Positions 30,597-36,070 of a stretch of 36,070 nucleotides of DNA are shown piece after piece. The notes beneath the pieces were generated by a model, which worked only from the letters and a program-made list of their open reading frames with translations, was not told where the DNA came from and made no database searches. Made by a program: the position numbers and the translations under genes. The number at the start of each line of letters is the position of its first letter. Positions within the stretch are counted from its first letter, which is position 1. Origin of the DNA: Catajapyx aquilonaris (Eukaryota); contig KZ539024.1 in assembly GCA_000934665.2 (NCBI GenBank), positions 1 through 36,070 on the forward strand. The letters run 5' to 3'.

Positions 30597-31445
30597 TTAT
30601 GTCCGAGTCTGTTGTATTCCAGTATAAGGAGTTTCTATTGGGTTAGCTTTTACCTGGGTATGATCAAAGTTGATTATATGGATTCCGTTAATTGTTGTGA
30701 CACGAGCCAAGGGTACGTAGGTTTGGCCGCAACAGAAAAGTGATGAGCCGATGTCGATTAGGGCAGTGTCTAAGCTCAAGCCGTGACTCTTGTGAATTGT
30801 GATGGCGTATAAGCTATCGTTATAGGGAACTGTTTTGTATAAGCTTAGACGAATGCTTTTGTTGTAACTTCTTGCTCTTTACAGGCCCTAAATCGTGTTC
30901 CAATTCGAAAGAAAGTTGAATTTTTATGGACTTTACTTTTTTTGGAGTGTCTGGGTCGTACATAACACTCAGTGTCAGTACGGTACCCACTGCACCGTTA
31001 ACCAACCCAATTAACATAATCTTTGTGCCAAGTTTAATATAGTAATGGTTTTTTTTCGAAACCAGCCGTATTAGATTAGAACAATCCTCTTCGTACTTTT
31101 TGAGTATAGCTTATTGACTGGAGCATAGATCTGGGACAGTCCAACGAGTCCTCAGCTTCCAGGATGATCTCAGGAGAGTTTATAGCTTCAAGTATGGCTT
31201 TATGTAAGGCTTTGCACAATGTGGTTGGTTGGCAGCAATGAAAAAATATTGCATCTCGTGGCAGGCTGGATAATTGCCTCGTAAGTTGATCGAATCAGCC
31301 AGTAGGATCAGTCGACGTGATATTCACGAGTCTCTCAGTAAGTACCTGGATATCGTGTTATTGGAAATTATTCCCAAGCGTACACGATAAAGCACAAATT
31401 CACTATTATTTTGCTGTCTCATATTATTTTATTGTTAGTTCATCG
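30597..31445 (-). pseudogene. degenerate PIF1-family helicase (Helitron RepHel C-terminal half)
   Basis: Collinear frameshifted motifs: DELTI/NMRQQNNSEFVLYRVRLG, DIQVLTERL, LLPT, TAGFEK, KLGTKIMLIGLVNGAVGTV, QFPITIA/YAITIHKSHGLSLDTALIDIGSSLFCCGQTYVPLARVTTINGIHIINFD. Confidence 0.88.
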
Positions 31446-32064
31446 ACAATCGATCAGCAAGCGATCAACAATGCTAATAATCAGATCGATCGTTAGTGCA
31501 TCAACAATCGATCAACAATGGCTTAGGTGCAATGTTTTTTTTCCTCTTTCTAATACCTGCAATAAGTTGTCGGGTGTCTAATAATTTTTATTTGTGGAGT
31601 TGTTCCCCTTGGTTTGAGATTTCCATACGATTCCATTTTGTCTCTCCTGATCAATAATGGCTGTTTAAAGTTATTAAAAAGCTGGCATCTCGAATCAAGA
31701 TGGCCTATTCCTAATGTTCATATATTAAGTAGTAGCCCTTGTTTTGAGGATTTCAGATCAGTTTCCATTATGTCTCTGCGATCAGTAATGGCTGATTTAC
31801 GATTTTTTTAAGATTCGAAATGCCCGCCATCTAGAATCTAGAATCCAGATGATCGAGTTCCAGTTTCGGACTTTTCCCTAGTGTCCCAGACCGTAACCTA
31901 TCTTTATGCCAAATTTGGTGTCTCTATGATAGCTGTAAGTACATGATCAATTTGATTATCACCACCTATATATGTATACTCGCTTTGCGAGGCGGGGGGG
32001 ATCCGCCCCCCCCCCCCNCTGTAAGTACATGATCAATTTGATTATCACCACCTATATATGTATA

Positions 32065-32355
32065 CTCGCTTTGCGAGGCGGGGGGGATCCGCCCCCCCCC
32101 CCCACACCCCCCTGTGGGGCTTCGCCCCAATTGGCGCGCCTTCGGCTCGACTGCGGCCGTGCCCCCGGGCGTATCCCATCAAGTTACACAACATCCACCA
32201 GTGACGTCTCGAATGAAGCATCAAATCTGGGTTTAGGCTGCATCAGGTATTCAGGTTACATATCGGGTATGCCCACGGTATGTCCATGGATTGATTGAAC
32301 CTTGGGTAGGAATACCGGTATATATCGTCTCATTATCAACTTTATATATATTAGA
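32065..32355 (-). mobile_element. non-autonomous Helitron unit A (291 bp)
   Basis: Minus strand A|TCTAATATATATAAAG ... GC hairpins ... CTCGCAAAGCGAG|T. It has a 5'-TC start, an A/T target and no TSD. Confidence 0.75.
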
Positions 32356-33294
32356 TTAGTTCATCATCATCCTTCACGGGTTTTTCCAAAAATCCTGGGG
32401 TAACTTGTAAATTTGGGAATTATGTGTGCAAGCCAATCTGCAAGCGGGTCATATGACGTCACTCTTCAGCTGCTGGCTAATAAACGGGACAGCCGGTGAC
32501 GTCACGTTCAAAGTCCCCGGTTTGGTGTGAAATAACCTCATAACAGTTATTGGTATGGTTGGACATTAGCTGCCAATATTAGCTGCCTGATAATTTCCCC
32601 GCGTTCTTCGGAGCAACCTTGAGTGAATTAATCTTATTCCCACTAATTGGAAGGGAAACGAGTTTAATATTTTATGACGCACTAAAATTAATAAAATCGG
32701 CACATATGACCTTTACGGCCTCTACCCTATTTATACCCCGTTGGAGGATCTAGACACTTCACAGTCCTCTTGCGTCCTATTGGTCCAGCCACACCAGAGA
32801 CTATAATTACGACCAACCAGGCAGCCGCAGTGCACACACATGGCGCAGTGTAAAACGCAGGATGGGAATTAACACGATCCAGTAACTGCAAGCTGATTGA
32901 TCAGATTTGTTGAATGGCTGGCAGTCATTGGCGGACTGTACGCATGTGCAGTGATGGGGGAAACGGTAATGTAGGCGGAAAAGTTTGGCGGGAAGGTGTG
33001 AGGCTCCTGATTGGCGGAGCCGTATATCGGCGGGAGCAGGAAGTAACATGACGCAACATTTCTGCTGCAATTTTCAACGGAAATTGCCGGATACGGGGGG
33101 GAGGTGAGTAGCGAGAGGATTGCAGAGGGTGGGGTTGGCGGGGGTGTGAGGGGGAGGGGTGAAGGGGAGGTGTGAGCCTCCTGATTGGGCGAGGGTGTGA
33201 GGGGGGGGGGATATGACGTAGTGGCAGATTAGGGGAGGAGGAGTGGAAGGGGAGGCAAGTCGGTGGGGGAGGCGACAACAGCGGGGAGTTGGCG

Positions 33295-34620
33295 GATACA
33301 TTAATTTCGCGATATCGGGTTTGCGTCTACATTTAATTTGGCGATCTCCAAAACGGATGGGAATTTTGCGATTATGAGGATTTTTGGCATCGGTATACGG
33401 GAGGCTAGAAATCCAACGGCGTAAGTCCGACGTCTCTGCGACGCCGGGAAGTGCGAAATCTTTTTCATCCTCCTCCTCCTCCTCGTCGGATAGGGGCTTT
33501 ATATATATTAGACTCGCTTTGCGAGCCGGTGGGGCTCCGCCCCCCCGGACCCCCCCGTGGGGCTGCGCCCCACGTGCGCGCCTTCGGCGCGGTGCCCGTG
33601 TTCCGCCTAATCCATCCGGTTACAGAACCCGTGACGTCACGGTCCACGAAGGTATGACGGTATGAGAATGCGCCCTTAGCTGACGGATGGTGAAAAAGGA
33701 AAAGTGGGGTGGGGGCCAGGAGGAGTGGGTGTAACCATATGTGAGCTGAGAGGTCTCCGGAGATGAGGGTGAATGGGCCATTGTTCTTTCCCGGCTTAAC
33801 GACAACCAGATGTCCGTGTGGCGGGTGCAAAAGTCGACTTTTGGCCATCTCGAAAACGGCTGGGAATTTTGGGATTTTGAGGATTTTTGGACAATGTATA
33901 TCGACTGCATACAAGGAATCCAACGGAATTTCGACCACAGCTCTACGACCTCGGGAAGTGCGAAATCTTTTCCATCCTATATCCTATATCCTCCTCGTTT
34001 AGGGGCTTTATATATATTAGAAGACTCGCTTTGCGAGCCCCCCCCCCGGACCCCTCCCCCCCCCCGTGGGGCTGCGCCCCACCTGCGCGCCTCAGGCGCG
34101 GTGCCGGTATTCCGCCTAATCCATCCGGTTACAGGAATCAGTGACGTCACCGGTAGCGATGAGGAGTTTCCGAACGTGCCCTCTCTGACGTATCGTTCAA
34201 AACAGCGCTTGGAACGACAGGTGGGACCATCTGTGACGTATCATTCCCACGACTCCAGGTTTGAGTAGTGTAAAGATCCCAGGGGGTGGAGGGGAGGGGG
34301 TGGGCCATTGTTCTCCTTCTTTACGACCATCTGCGGGCGAGGTCGCAAGTCGATCCGTGGCAATTTGCGGATACATTATTTTCGCGATCTCGGGTTTGCG
34401 TCTACATTTAATTTGGCGATCTCGGGTTTGCGTCTACATTTAATTTGGCGATCTCGAAATCGGCTGGGAATTTTGCGATTACGAGGATTTTTGGAATCGG
34501 TATACCGGAGGCTAGAAATCCAACGGTGTAAGTCCGAGATCTCTGCGACCCCGGGAAGTGCGAAATCTTTTTCATCCTCCTCCTATGTATCCTCCTCCTC
34601 GTTTAGGGGCTTTATATATA
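33295..34620 (-). mobile_element. head-to-tail array of related non-autonomous Helitron units (B: 5' end at 33512; C: 33513-34024; D: 34025-34620, 5' end interrupted)
   Basis: Three copies of the GGGAATTTT..AATCCAACGG..CGGGAAGTGCGAAATCTTTT..AGGGGCTTTATATATA block and two copies of the CTCGCTTTGCGAG hairpin block. Minus-strand junctions read GCGAG|TCTAATATATAT and GCGAG|TCTTCTAATATATAT. Confidence 0.75.
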
Positions 34621-35402
34621 CTTGGGTGCGGATTCTCGTGGACTTTACGGGAGGCCCGCAAGTCGCAAACGCCCGTATCGCCCCGGCAACTAAAAAAAAC
34701 TCCCGAAGTGGAATTATCGTGTCGCGCTCCCGCAAGGGCTGCGGGAAGGAAAGGCCCGCAAAGATACGGGTGGGTGGCAGCACCTGTATGTGTGCCTGTA
34801 AGTCGCCTGTCGCTCTCAAAAATGGCCGCTTCCCCGACAGCAGCTGTGTGTCCGTAAGGCGGGGATCGAACACGGATAAACATGGCCCAGGGGCCCTTCC
34901 ACGAGTACTGGAGTGCCTTCCATGCGGGCCAGAATGGCCTCTTTTTCACGGTCATCCCAGTTCGGCCGGCGAGGGGCGCGGGCGGAACCCAGGGCAGACT
35001 TCTTCCCCGGCATCGTCTTCGCTCTCACCTCGCTCAGATTCGAATAAGGTCACAGATTCGATAAGGTCATTGACCTTAGACTCGATTGCCTACTGCACAC
35101 TCTCGCGACGTTTGCCCGAACTGAATTCTCGCTGTTCTTTTCTCAATAGCGTTTAATCCCGTCGCTGTCCATTGTACTGCGGTGGGAATGCACCCTTTTC
35201 TCCTCTGCCATTGGCTCCTGTCCGTTTCCGGTGGGCGGAGCTACAAGAACCCCCGTATCCCCCCCCTACTTTCAATTCTTTCGTGTAAGGACTTACAGGC
35301 TACCACATTTATTCCACTTTTTCGGGGTCCCGCATCCGTCGCCATCTTGGACGGACTTGCGGGCCCGCAGACTTACGGGAGTCCACGAGAATCCGCCCCT
35401 TG
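34621..35402. mobile_element. TIR element (possibly P-like) inserted in the TA-rich Helitron end
   Basis: GCGGATTCTCGTGGACT..GGCCCGCAAGTC on the left mirrors GACTTGCGGGCC..AGTCCACGAGAATCCGC on the right. Flanked by ATATATA on both sides. Confidence 0.7.
35064..35076. promoter_or_regulatory. perfect IR1 nuclear-receptor site (ecdysone response element consensus)
   Basis: AGGTCA-T-TGACCT, with an extra AGGTCA at 35047-35052. Function not shown. Confidence 0.4.
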
Positions 35403-35409
35403 ATATATA

Positions 35410-35971
35410 CAGGGTGTTTATTGTAACTCTGCAAAGACTTTCAGGGGTCATAGAGGGGACCAAGACAAGTATTTTTGACATAGGAACCCGTGTCCGGAAG
35501 CGCCATCTAGAGGGGGTTCACAGACAAGGAACGGGTGCGCTCAGGCGCGTCACGCGAGAGGCGCTAGGCGAGCGGACTGTTTTGTTGATAGATGGCGCTC
35601 GGATAGTAACCAACGATGCGATGTGCCATAACCTGGCAACAGCAGAGCCATCTAGCAACTAAAGTCCGCCTCCCAGGAGACGCGCGGATAGTCAACAGCG
35701 GTTCTGTTGTTGCCAGGTTATGGCGTATCGCGTTGTTGTTTACTTACAACGACGCGATACGCCATAACCTGGCAACAACTGTGTGCCACCTATCAACAAA
35801 GCAGTCCGCTCGCCTAGCGCCTCTCGCGTGACGCTTCTGAGCGCACCCATTCCTTGTCTATGAACCCCCTCTAGATGGCGTTTCCGGACACGGGTTCCTA
35901 TGTCAAAAATACTTGTCTTGGTCCCCTCTATTACCCCTGAAAGTCTTTGCAGAGTTACAATAAACACCCTG
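35410..35971. mobile_element. Tc1/mariner-type foldback MITE with ~190-bp TIRs
   Basis: TA|CAGGGTGTTTATTGTAACTCTGCAAAGAC ... GTCTTTGCAGAGTTACAATAAACACCCTG|TA. Confidence 0.9.
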
Positions 35972-35980
35972 TATAATATA

Positions 35981-36070
35981 CAGGGTGATTACAAATGAAT
36001 AGTATAATTACAAATGCATATAGCTCCGTACCTATCAACCGCACATGAACGTGTTATACACCAAATGAAA
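35981..36070. mobile_element. left end of another mariner-type element, truncated by the window
   Basis: TA|CAGGGTGATTACAAATGAAT... Confidence 0.6.

Noticed and set aside
31933..32103. Exact ~85-bp tandem duplication containing the Helitron 3' end
   Set aside because: The two copies are separated by a single N (32018) at a poly-C run, so an unmerged contig overlap is the likely cause.
34308..35156. 282-aa plus-strand ORF
   Set aside because: It spans the junction of two different repeats in GC-rich DNA and has no recognisable domain.

Overview
Eukaryotic genomic DNA, most likely from an arthropod. Evidence: short GT-AG introns, (TTAGG)n tracts and insect-type SINEs. There is one intact gene: a 10-coding-exon, minus-strand ARAP/RhoGAP15B-like gene (CDS 23139->14109, 3183 nt, 1060 aa). 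Its architecture is a low-complexity N-terminus followed by PH-PH-RhoGAP-RA-PH, with no SAM, ArfGAP or ankyrin part. Most of the remaining sequence is transposon debris. It includes many TIR MITEs with readable TSDs (Tc1/mariner-, hAT-, P-, Sola1-, piggyBac-, Harbinger- and Transib-like), an internally deleted mariner, tRNA-derived SINEs and microsatellites. The right end holds a Helitron complex: a degenerate PIF1 helicase plus head-to-tail non-autonomous units with stacked later insertions. The most notable observations are a Transib element with RSS-like ends (CACAGTG, 23/16-bp spacers, nonamer-like motifs, 5-bp TSD), an A-A'-B'-B double-foldback scar, a (CA)n-embedded element carrying telomeric repeats, and strand-specific C(GNA)G mini-hairpin clusters at Helitron 3' ends. 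I found no evidence of a novel multi-gene system. All calls were made by eye and are unsearched.
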